64,000 bases of DNA from Octopus vulgaris (taxonomy: Eukaryota). The stretch's first letter is position 1; each line of letters begins with the position of its first letter. The notes under the pieces were generated by a model. It was not told where the DNA came from and ran no database searches. It saw only the letters and a program-made list of their open reading frames with translations. The stretch spans positions 84,754,001 through 84,818,000 of the forward strand of contig OX597819.1 of NCBI GenBank assembly GCA_951406725.2. The letters are read 5' to 3'. Both the position numbers and the translations under genes were made by a program. This document shows positions 38,023 to 49,154 of the stretch, piece after piece.

Positions 38023-39401
38023 ACCAAGTAGGAAGGCAGGCAAACCACAAATCCCTTCAGGTAGATGCCCCTGCTCGATCTGTAGAAAAGGCATAGGTAG
38101 AAACGCTATAAGATGTACCCAGTGTAAGCTATGGACACATAAGAGGTGCAGCAATATCACAGGAAGGCTAACTGTGAAGATAGTTTTTGTATGTAGCAGA
38201 TACTCAGGACCAATAAACACTGAAAATGTGCAGAGAACAACCTGCCACATTCCAGGGAGAAAAACTTGAAGTAGTTGATAGCTTCTGTTATCAAGGTGAC
38301 CCAGTCAGTAGCAGGGTTGGGTGCACTGAAAGTGTAGCTGCTAGAGTAGTTCAGAGAGCTCTTACCTCTGCTGGTGACAAAAGGCCTCTAGCTCAGAGTA
38401 AAAGGTAAACTGTATTACATTTTATACGAACAGCTACATAGCAGTGAAACATGGGCTGTGACTGCTGAGGACATGAGTAAGCTTGCAAGGGATGAAGCTA
38501 GTAAGCTCCGCTGGATATGTAATGTCACTGTGCCTATTCGACAGAGTGTAAGTGCCTTGAGAGAAGAGTTGGACCTAAGAAGCATCAGATGTGGTGTGCA
38601 AGAGAGACGACTGCGCTGATATGGTCATTTGCTGAGAATGGATGTGGATAGCTGTGTGAAAAAGTGCCACACCCTAGTGGTGGAGGGAACCTGTGGAAGA
38701 GGTAGACCCAGAAAGACACATGATGAGGTGGTGAAGCACGATCTTTGATCATTAGGCCTCACCGAGGCAATCAATAGTGACTGAGACCTTTGGAAATGTG
38801 CTGTGCTTGAGAAGACCCGGCAAGCCAAGTAAGATCATAACTCGTGACCTATGCCAGGGTGTAGCCAGCCCACTTATGCGTACCTTTGCTTTGGACACAA
38901 AACTCTGCTTGCGAAGACCTTTTGAGGCAAGTAAAATCAAAATCAAATTTGATGACTGGCATCCATCGTAGTGGAGTGCTAACAGCACCATCCAAGCGTG
39001 ATCATTACTAGAGCAGCTGACAGGCTTCTATGTCAGTGGCATGTAAAAAGCAACATTCAAGTGTGATTGTTACCAGCTTTGGTTTACTGGCACTTGTGCC
39101 AGTTGTACACAAAAAAATATTTCAGCGTGCTTGTTGCCAGTGCCGCTGGACTGGCTCCTGTGCAGGTGACATATAAAAAATACAATTTGAGCATGGCTGT
39201 TGCCAGTACTACCTAACTGGCCCTCGTACTGGCGGCACGTAAAGGCACCCACTACACTCTCGGAGTGGTTGGCATTTGGAAGGGCATCCAGCTGTAGAAA
39301 CTGCCTGATCAGATTCGAGTCTGGTGGAGCCATCAGGTTCGCCAGTCCTCAGTCTAATTGTCCAACCCATGCCAGTATGGAAAGCGGACGTTAAACGATG
39401 A
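38023..39401 (+). mobile_element. RTE-clade LINE, 5'-truncated (ORF C-terminus, 3' UTR, TGA tail)
   Basis: PCSICRKGIGRNAIRCTQCKLWTHKRCS..., LEVVDSFCY, SETWAVT, RRLR*YGHLLRM, GRGRPRKT, with stops and frameshifts; ends cgttaaacgatga. Confidence 0.88.
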
Positions 39402-39444
39402 TTATATGTATATATATATGTGTGTATATATGTACATAAATATG

Positions 39445-39485
<41 letters not shown>

Positions 39486-39542
<57 letters not shown>
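39486..39542. repeat. (GATA)n microsatellite
   Basis: Pure GATA run. Confidence 0.95.
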
Positions 39543-39721
39543 TGTGTGTGTGTGTGTGTATATATATGTTTATGTATGTATATATATGGGTATATATATG
39601 TATATATGGGTATGTGTTCGTCAATTCGTGAATTTCACGTTCTTTATATATAAAGTTTTATTATGTATATATGTACATGTATGTATATATATATATGTGT
39701 ATGTACATATATATATATGTA

Positions 39722-40425
39722 CATAAGGTCGATATAGCTCGTAGGATGAGTTCCTGGATCTTAAGAACTTTCTGGTCCAGAGAACAAGGTGTCATCATAC
39801 CACTTTTCTCCTCCTTTGTACGGCCACACCTCGAATACTGCTGCCCACTGTGGTCTCCTCATACAAGACAAAACATCTCGAGGATTGAATCACCCCAGAG
39901 GGCACTCACTAAACGAATTGTCGGCATGGCTGCTCTCGATTATTGGGACTGCCTTAAAGCCTTGAAACTCTACTCTCTCTAGTGTCGCCGTGAACGGTAC
40001 AGCATTTGTATGATGTGGAGAATATACCGGCAACTTTGCCGAAACGACCTGAACATTAACTTCAAGGTTCATCCAAGACTGGGACCACGGGCCATACGTC
40101 CACTGTCCAATTCAAGATCACAGCATACATGTACACTGCAACATAATTTCTTTTCTTCAACAGGCCCTGCCCTATTTAACATTGTCCCGAAAGACATCAA
40201 AGAGGAAAAGGATCCCATCAACTTTAAACGGAGTTTGGATAGATTCCTTCAAGGAATACCAGATAAGCCACCCATAATTGGATACAATTCACCCAACAAA
40301 AACTCACTACTTGAATGGACCATAAACAAAACTTGACTTAAACAGGATTTAGATATTCCTATCAGGTGGTGCTATTAAGTTAGACATGGCCTGGACCAAT
40401 TTTTGGTCGAAACATATCTAAGTTT
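39722..40425 (+). mobile_element. CR1-group LINE 3' fragment
   Basis: WILRTF..LFSSFVRPHLEYCCPLWSPH...LKLYSL*; same 3' UTR as 17995-18078. Confidence 0.88.
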
Positions 40426-40452
40426 ATATATATATGTCTATGTGTATATGTG

Positions 40453-40484
<32 letters not shown>

Positions 40485-40618
40485 AATGTATGTATGTATA
40501 TATACATATAAATGTATGTATGTATATATACATATAAATGTATGTATGTATATGTACATATAAATGTATGTATATATACATATGTACATATAAGTATGTA
40601 TATATATGTGTGTACATG

Positions 40619-40650
<32 letters not shown>

Positions 40651-40930
40651 CGTATGTATATGTATGTACATATATGTGTGTATATATATATACATGGACA
40701 CATGTGTATATATATGTATAAATATGTATGTATATATATGTGTGTATAAGTTAGAGGTTGTGAATCCAACCCACTAAGGGATAATATCTATCCAATGTAC
40801 TGCTGGTAGAATACCCAATTATTAATACAAGTATTTGTGTATATCTATATATATAAGTATTCAAATGTATGTGTATTTTTATTTATTTTATTTTTATATT
40901 TATTTATAACTTAACATTATGTACTTTATA

Positions 40931-41017
40931 ATCTCTGACGAAGCCTAGAGATATACCCAAGTACTTCATTTTCATCTACCTATTACTTCACTCCACTTGA
41001 GTAATAAAGGTAGAATG
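40931..41017 (+). ncRNA. 5' half of a hammerhead motif with long stem II
   Basis: atct-CTGACGA-AGCCTAGAG followed by hairpin tctacc-tattact/agtaata-ggtaga; truncated at the junction with a Penelope RT fragment. Confidence 0.5.
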
Positions 41018-41200
41018 AGGAAACACTTATAGATAAAAAAGCAGGCACGGTAATGGGAACAAGGGTAGCGCCTACTTTTGCCTACCTTGGAAGTCCAAAT
41101 ATATGAACATGCTAGATTGAAATTTGGAGACAACTTCCAAAAATACTTACTCACCAATTGGAAACGCTACCTGGATGACCACATAACATTGGACAACTCT
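41018..41200 (+). mobile_element. Penelope-like element reverse transcriptase fragment
   Basis: GNTYR*KAGTVMGTRVAPTFAYL, then a frameshift, then EVQIYEHARLKFGDNFQKYLLTNWKRYLDDH. Matches the PLE RT motifs G-x-x-MG-x-x-x-AP and RYxDD. Confidence 0.8.
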
Positions 41201-42545
41201 CAAAATTTAAAAACAACATTGAAACATTTTAATTTGTCAACATTGAAACTTTTAAAGATGTTTTTCTAATTTTAAACTTTTGCCATTGATAAACAAAAAA
41301 AAAATATTGTTGAAATTTGTTTGGTATATATGTGAATAAATGTATTTTAAACACTTAAGAGTTTTTGAAATTTAGGTGCATTTTCAGCAATACATTTTCC
41401 TATATTTTTCCTGCGTGGAAATGTCACCCCCTCTTTTGTTGTATATATATATATGTGTGTGTGTGTGTGTTTATATATATATATATATATGAATGTATAT
41501 ATGTGTATATGTATATATATGTGTATATGCATATATGTATATGTATGTATATATATGTGTATATGCATATATGTATATGTATATATATGTGTAAATATGT
41601 GTGTATATATGTGTATGTTTATATATGTGTGTGTATATATATATATATATGTGTATGTGTGTGTGTGTATATATGTATGCATGAATGTATATATATATGT
41701 TTCCCTCCCTTTTTGTTTTTTCTTTTTTTTTTTCTTCCCATTCTCTCTTCCTGTTTTTGATTTGACCTATCTCCTCTTTCCAGTCATACACAAATCTCCT
41801 CCCTCCATCTATCCATTAAATTTACGAACACATTCCCAAATTTGAATTCACCAAACAACCCCATTGATCGAGCAAGACTGTTTGCAGTGCTCTATGCTTT
41901 GAATGACCAAATGTAACTACCATTCGAACTCACACACCGACTACAAGAAACTTCTTCACCACTTATATACACCATACTACTTGAATAACGAAACTGCAAA
42001 TACAATATCCCTATGTATTTCACTTCTACTTTTATCCTCTTACTTCCCCCTGTATTTCTACAATAATTAATACTCTGATGAAGAATAAAGTGAGTTCACA
42101 GTTGTAACTTAAGTTAGTGTCTCATAATTGCCCACTCAAAACTACCTTGGATTGTAAGGCGACCTATTGAGTCAAGTAAATCAACATCAACTTCAGTATC
42201 AAAATCAAATCAAATTACAATCAAACAGAAATTGTAGTTGTGACCCCTGTGCCGTTGGCACGTAAAGAGCACCGTCTGAACGTAGCCGATGCTAGTGCCG
42301 CCTGGACTGGCTTCCATACTGGGGGTACATAAAAAGGACCATCCAATCGTGGCTGATGCCAGCTCCTCTTACTCCTGTGCTGGTGACATGTACAAAGCAC
42401 CCACTACACTCTCAGTGTGGTTGGAGTTAGGAAGGGCATCCAGCTGTAGAAAGTCTGCCAGATCAGATTGGGGCCTCGTGCAGCCCCCTGGTTTCCTGGA
42501 CCCCAATTATATATACCATATATGTATATACATCTATATATTTGG

Positions 42546-42599
<54 letters not shown>

Positions 42600-42689
42600 A
42601 CGGGAAAGTTTACGAAAATAAACAAAAGATGAAGGCAGGTGGATTACAAACAAACAAATGTATTAGTATAGCGCTCAGGAATAGAAATA

Positions 42690-43038
42690 GAATATATATA
42701 TATATATGTATACGTATATATTTGTATATGTATGTATATATCTATGTATGTCTATATATGTATCAATATGTAGATGTATGCATATATATGTGTATATATA
42801 TATGTATATATATATGTATATGCTTATATATATATATTTATATATATATGTGTTTATGTATATGTACATGTATATTTATATATATATATATATATATCTT
42901 CTTTATCAAAATCAAATCAATATATATGTATATATATGTGTGTATATGCATGTATGTATATATATATGTATATATGTATGTATATATATGTATATATGTA
43001 TATATATGTATATGTATGTATATATATATGTATATATA

Positions 43039-43079
<41 letters not shown>

Positions 43080-43202
43080 ATATATGTATATGTATATGTA
43101 TATGTATATATATATGTATATGTATATATATATGTATATGTATATATATATGTATATGTATATATATATGTATATGTATATGTATATATATATGTATGTA
43201 TG

Positions 43203-43263
<61 letters not shown>

Positions 43264-43335
43264 TTATGTTTATGTATATATGTGTGTATATGTATATATA
43301 TATGTATATATATATGTATATATTTATATGCATAT
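42690..43335. repeat. Long (TA)n/(TATG)n compound microsatellite
   Basis: Directly visible. Similar tracts at 39405-39720, 40425-40750, 41440-41700, 61573-61705 and 1190-1260. Confidence 0.95.
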
Positions 43336-43470
43336 AATTTAGAGAAAAACCTCTATTAAACATTTCAATAAAGAAAGATTTTATTCTCACCATATAGAAA
43401 AGTTATACTGTTAAAAAAAATCTTATTCTAAAAATCAATAAAGTACAGTAAAAATTAAATAGTTGCAAAA

Positions 43471-43592
43471 GCACTACACACGTTTCGTGGCTATATTTTC
43501 AAATAGGTAATAATAATTATAAATTCAATTTGATTTAAAATGAAATCAAATTCATTAATTCTATTTAAATATATAGTCACTCATCAGGTCTA
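43471..43592 (-). ncRNA. Type I hammerhead motif with ~95-nt stem II
   Basis: Minus strand reads agac-CTGATGA-GTGACTATAT...ATATAGCCAC-GAAA-C GTGT G-TA-gtgc. The first 10 bp of stem II pair 9/10 and there are further inner helices; stem I is weak. Confidence 0.68.
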
Positions 43593-43859
43593 AGATAATA
43601 AATAAAAAAAAAACAGTATAAAATGATAATAGAATAAATGTACTTATCTTAACTTATACTAATTATCAAATAAATCTATAAAAATACTTGTATTAACTAT
43701 AAATAATCAAAAGGCATTTAACTATATTTCTTAAAATAACTATGTATATCTATATATTTATATATATATATGTGTGCGTGTGTGTGTGTCTATATATGTA
43801 TATATATCTTGTACATATGTGGGAAATTGTGTTTGTGTGTGTGGTAGTGGAGTTGAAAG

Positions 43860-44122
43860 TAATTGAAATTGAAACAATATAATAGTGAAAGTATTAATAG
43901 AGATGTTATTGTTTCACTTTTAACACAATCCGGAAGCAATGTAAGAGATAAGAGATTGCTCTGGGCTTGCATTAGGCAACAAGTTGAAAATTTTTTTAGC
44001 CCATGAGACTGCATGGACCCTAAGTAAGGCATGTGTAAAATTTGAATAAAGTATGTTGGGTAGTTCTTGAGTTTTAGTGATGCACACATACAGACAGACA
44101 TGCATTCTCAGTTTTATATATA
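43860..44122 (-). mobile_element. 5'-terminal fragment of a second Helitron family
   Basis: Minus strand reads tatatataaaactgagaatgcatgtctgtctgtatgtgtg...aaattttacaca, a typical Helitron 5' region, directly after the CTAG of the preceding element. Confidence 0.55.
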
Positions 44123-45891
44123 CTAGCAGGCATACCCGGCGTTGCCCTCGGCTGTTTGTTAAGCATGCCTGGTCAGTGTAGTCTCCTATGAAGTAGAGTT
44201 GAAGAAACTGAGGCGAGGCAGCGTCATGTGGCTGCAAGGGACCAGTTCTATGGTAAATCTGCCCCTGCACTTTAAAGGAAGGCATGAAATGCTCATCTCG
44301 TATGATATTGGCCCTTAATGAAAGTCATTTGGAACGCGCAGTTGTACGCACATATCCGCTTGAGAAAGTCATCAGAATAAGGAGACGCCCCTGTTAGAAG
44401 ATCAGTCAAAAAGGGTGGAGGATCTTGTAGAAGTGGTACTGTAATCTTACAGCACATGCCAGGAGTTTCTCCAGGCCACTTTTTAACCCCGCAAAATTGG
44501 CAGATTTTGGACATGCAGCCTATTTGAACATCAGGGTGATTACTGTAGTCAATTGTAGGATCATAGTTGAATGCTGTCATTGACCAATGCAAGGAGCATG
44601 GCCTTATGTAGGAATGTCGTGCAGCCCTTTGCAGAGTTGTTGCTTCCAGTTGTTGTCTTTTCCTTATAGTCTCCATAGCGCGTGTAGCAGCTGTTGCTGC
44701 AGCATCTCTTGTAAGTCGAACTGCACATTGTGCTGCAGCTTGTGCAGCAGCAGTTGAGGAAGCATCTTTTGTAAGATGATCTGTGCATTGTGCTGCAGTC
44801 TTTGCAGCTTGTGCAGCAGTAGTTGGGGAAACATCTCTTGTAAGTCGATCTGCACGTTGTGCTGCAGTCTTTGAAGCTTGTGCAGAGTGTAGAGGAAGAC
44901 ATCTTGTTCGGTGTGCTGAACATTGCTTGTTGCTCTGTGCAGCTCATTGCACAGCAATACGTGCTAACCGATCACAACACTGCTTTTCACTTTCCCTTCT
45001 TCGCGCTGAAGCCATCTTAAGTGCATTGAGTGAGTTCCTCCCGGCTGCGTTCTCAGCTGATTCACTTGCATGCATACATTTACTTTCCTTTGCAGCATTT
45101 GTGTGCTGACCTATATTAGATCTTTTGCATAGAGGCATGGTGGAAAATTATCAGTTTATGCAATAGAAAAAGTCCTAAGGAAAAAGCAGTGAATGTGTAG
45201 CACCCAAAAAATAGTAAAATGTAGTTGGCAAAAATGTTAATCAAACAGACTGAATTAAGGATTTTTAATTTTGGGTAAGAGTTTTGAAGTGGCTAGTTTA
45301 AGTTGGAATAATTATATAAAAATGAGCGTTCATGTGAAAACAGAGGCAAATTGTATCTTGCAAATGAAAACTGCTGGCAGTACTGTGCAAGCAGTTGATA
45401 AGAGCTCACCACAGCTGACAAAGTAAAGTATTGATTTTTCCAGCTGGGTGTGTGTCATGTTTTTTTGCTGGCTCAAGCCAAACCCTAGATGAATTGAGAG
45501 TAGTCTATTTATGTTTGGGGACACGGAATTTTGAGGAAAAAATTATAAAAAGACTCCTAAGTCAAAGAGAGCACATGTCAAATTTGGTGAATTTCGGTTG
45601 GAAACTGTAGAAGTGGTTCACACAACACACACACAGACAGACAACTTGCCTTTAAAATATATAAGATCAAACACGTACTGTTGCATAGATGTGGTGGGTT
45701 CAAATCCTAGGCGAATTGGGAGTAGTGCATTTAAGTTGGGGGCGTGGAATTTTGAGGAAAAAATTATAAGAAAAAGCGTCCTAAGTCAAAGAGAGCACAT
45801 GTTAAATTTGGTGAAATTTGATTGAAAATTGTTGGAGTACAAGTGGTTCACACAACACACAGACAGACAACTTGCCATTTAATTTATAAGA
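44123..45891 (-). mobile_element. Internally deleted Helitron
   Basis: 5' A|TCTTAT termini at 45891 and 45666; 3' GC hairpin (CCGAGGGCAACGCCGGG) then CTAG|T at 44123. Encodes the RepHel N-terminus: AFNYDP..IG.MSKIC.FC.VKKWPGETPGMCC, AYNCAFQMT, FKVQGQIYHRTGPL..PQFLQLYFIGD. Confidence 0.9.
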
Positions 45892-47864
45892 TAGAGGTGG
45901 AAGCAACAGTAATGATAGTGGTGGTGGTGGTAGCTGAGGCAGTCAGGGACAGTGGTGATAGCGATGCGAAAGACTGGTGATGGTGGTGTCATTGAAGTGT
46001 CATTGTTGGGCCCAATGAAGAGCTCTCCACAGGAGCTACTTAAAAACCACCTGATAGGGCAGCTTTTAAGCTAGTATCTCCTATTTGCCTTTTAAGTTGA
46101 GGATGCACTTCAGTTCTGTTAGTTACAAGATGGTCTCATTTGTGCTGGTGCCATGAAAACAGCACTCAACACACTCTTTAAAGTGGTTGACATCAGGAAG
46201 GGTATGCAATCTAAGAAACCATGCCAAAACAGGTACACTAGAGCAAGATGTGGTTCTCCAGTGTAATGGATCCTGCCAAAATGTCCAACCTGTGCCAGCA
46301 TAGAAAGTGGTTGTAAAAATGATGTCGACATCATCGTCATCATCATAATTTAACGTTTGTTTTCCATGCTGGCATGGTTCGGATGGTTTGACTGAAAACT
46401 GGTGAGCTAGGGAGCTGCACTAGGTTCTAATCTGATTTGGTATGGTACAATGGCTAGATGACCCTCCTGACGCCAACCACTTCAAGGGTTCCACACACAC
46501 ACACAAATATATGTATATTGTCATATCCTCATTCTCACATCCATTTTTCAATGGTTGCATGGATCAGATGAAATGTTGAGGTGAATTTTTTATGCCTGGA
46601 TGCTCTTCTTATCTGCAGCTCACTTATTGGCAAAGTATTGCAATATTTCCCCTTGTCATTTGAACAATAAGTAACTCAGTGACCAAACATGCTTTTCAGG
46701 AGAATTGCAAATAAGTGACAGTTTATATGACTGTAATTTGTGTTTACAATTAACGTGCAAATATGAAGAGAAGAATACTTCACACTCACTCACAAAGTGA
46801 TGAAGACAAATCTGAAGCTGTTGCACCACATGAAGGGAATGACAAAGGACTGTGCTGACTGGCGGTATGCTGTGTGGGTGAATATAGTTTCCTTCTCCAA
46901 TTAAACAATAATATTAAGAGGAAATCAATACCAGGCTGCAAAACCCATTTACTGAGAACTTACTGCTGCCTCATACACTTGCTACAGAATAATCGTAGAA
47001 TATTGATCAAACATGTGTATTCTGAAGCCAGAAGATATTGTACACACAAGATTTCTCAATTAAATGTTCAGCTCAACTTTGTACTATGCTAATTCTATAT
47101 AACTGTCTTTCTGCTTATTTGCTCTTCATGTTCAACATTATTCTACTAATATCGATATGATGTTGATATAATTTCATTTATTTATTCATTTATTTTTTTT
47201 TTTAACAATTAGGAAAGACTTCATTAAATATAAGATTGTCTCTTGCAGTACTGTTTTTGACTTATAACACTTCAGATTGTGAGCTGGAAAGCTTTATGTT
47301 CTATTTCATGTATTTGTAATTATTTGTAACCTTATATTCTTAACCACCAGATTTCTTCAGATACTAAGTAAAAGCAAAAATAACGAACCATTTGATATCA
47401 GATGTTACAAAGGGCAATGAATTAGTAGAAACAGTAAAATGTTGCATAAAATACCATGAGGCATTTAGTTACGGCCCCTCACATTCAGTGTTCATATCCT
47501 ATCTGGCTTGACTTTACAGTTTATCCATTCTTCCAGTGAATTATTGTGAATAACTATACCTTATTCTCATGCAAGCCCTTGTGTCTAAGTTCATCATTCG
47601 CATATGTTTTCCATGCCAGCCTGGGTTGTACTGTTTGACAGGAGCTGGTGAGCCAGAGGACTGTGTGATGCTCTAATGTCTGCATTGGCATGGTTTCTAC
47701 AGTTGGGTGCCAACCACTTTATACTCTTTGGTGTCGTGGGTACTTTTTATGTGGTGCTTGTACCAGTGAGGCCACCAAGTAACTTACAAGACATGACTCC
47801 TTCAACTGAGGTGGGAGTGTAGTCTTGAGTGAGGTGGCTTTGTGCCAGGCAATGAAAGGGTTAA

Positions 47865-48085
47865 CCCTTTAGCATTTAAACCAGTTATATCTGGCCCAAA
47901 TATTATGCCTATTTTATGTCCAAACTGGCCAAATCTGACTCCTCACACTTACCCTGTAAAGTCATACTAAAAAATAAAATGTCACATCATTGAAATCTCA
48001 TAGCTATGAAATAATGTATGATTAATTCAAAATAATGTGAGTAAATAAGCATTGCATATGACTGAGTAATCTGAATACTAAAGGG
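47865..48085. mobile_element. TTAA-flanked MITE, same family
   Basis: TTAA|CCCTTTAGCATT...AATACTAAAGGG|TTAA. Confidence 0.8.
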
Positions 48086-48332
48086 TTAAAGAATGATTAG
48101 GGGACAAGAACAAGTGTCTTTTTGGGAGAGATACATTGTTATCCCAGTTGGAAGTGAAGAAGTGAAGGAGGATGGTTGTGAAGATGTGTTAGGGCATACC
48201 TTTAACTTATAGGAAGGTGAATAAAGAGAAGTGGTATGGGTGGGTAAAGAAGCTTGTGAGAGAGTGAGGAGTGAGTGACAGATGGATAGGGGGAGATGCA
48301 GTGAGTGTCTGAGTTACAAATTGACGTTAAAT

Positions 48333-49154
48333 CAGGGGTTCTCAACCATTTTTTATCAATGGACACCTTTGATTACTATTTTATTTTGGTGGACCTCCAC
48401 TGGCCTCCACCCACTGTCAAGCTGTCATAATGCTGGCTGCTTTCTACGCCATGCTGCTCTTAAGAAGATCATAAAGCATGACTAGACTGAGAGGACAGTA
48501 GAAGGCCGGATGGTATAATTTTCCCGTTGCAAGGCAGCAGGCCTCTCGTCTAGGATGCCCAATGCTGTGATACCTTCTCCAGTGGCAACTTAGCATGGTC
48601 ATCCACCAGCCCAGGCTCTGCTGCTCGTCAAACTGAGAAAGAAAAAAAAAAACTCAAGATTTCAGTTGCCCTCTGACAGGTTAATGTTTAATCCTATGGC
48701 ACTTGAGACCTCTGGTGTTTTTGGTCTCTAGAGCATATCCCTGCTCACCACTATCGAGACAGATTGCTGTCTGCAAGTGCGAGCCCTGTGAGTCAGAGTG
48801 GCTGTTTCACTATCATTTGGGGCAATGCTTTTCCATTTTGTCTGCTGGTACCATGAAATATGTTTATATTATGAGAGGCAAGATTCTCCATATTTGAGTA
48901 ATATAATGTCTTGCTTCAATGAAATAGTAAACAAAGAAATAAGATATTAGACAAAGAATTTTGTTATTCATACATTAACTTGTGTATGTTGAACTATGTA
49001 AAATGTTAAAAAAAGAAACCAGTTTCTTGCAATAAATATGTCTAAATCAAAACTTTTTCATGAACACTTCATATACTACTGTGGGTCCCCAATTTACTAT
49101 TTTGCTTGTGTGGACCCCACAAAATCATATATGGCCCCCAGTTGAGAACCACTG
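48333..49154. mobile_element. hAT (Charlie-like) non-autonomous element carrying a CRE-like RLE fragment
   Basis: TIRs CAGGGGTTCTCAAC / GTTGAGAACCACTG; 8-bp flanks cgttaaat / cattagat (6/8 identical). Internal 48400-48850 encodes GLHPLS..RHAAL..IIK, RRPDG, CDTF, MALETSGVFG. Confidence 0.75.

Noticed and set aside
42542-43393. Long ORFs (up to 266 aa) rich in Y/I/M/C/V
   Set aside because: Translations of (TA)n/(TATG)n microsatellite; the same applies to 40380-40777, 41347-41845, 39391-39726, 24480-24665 and 61458-61790.
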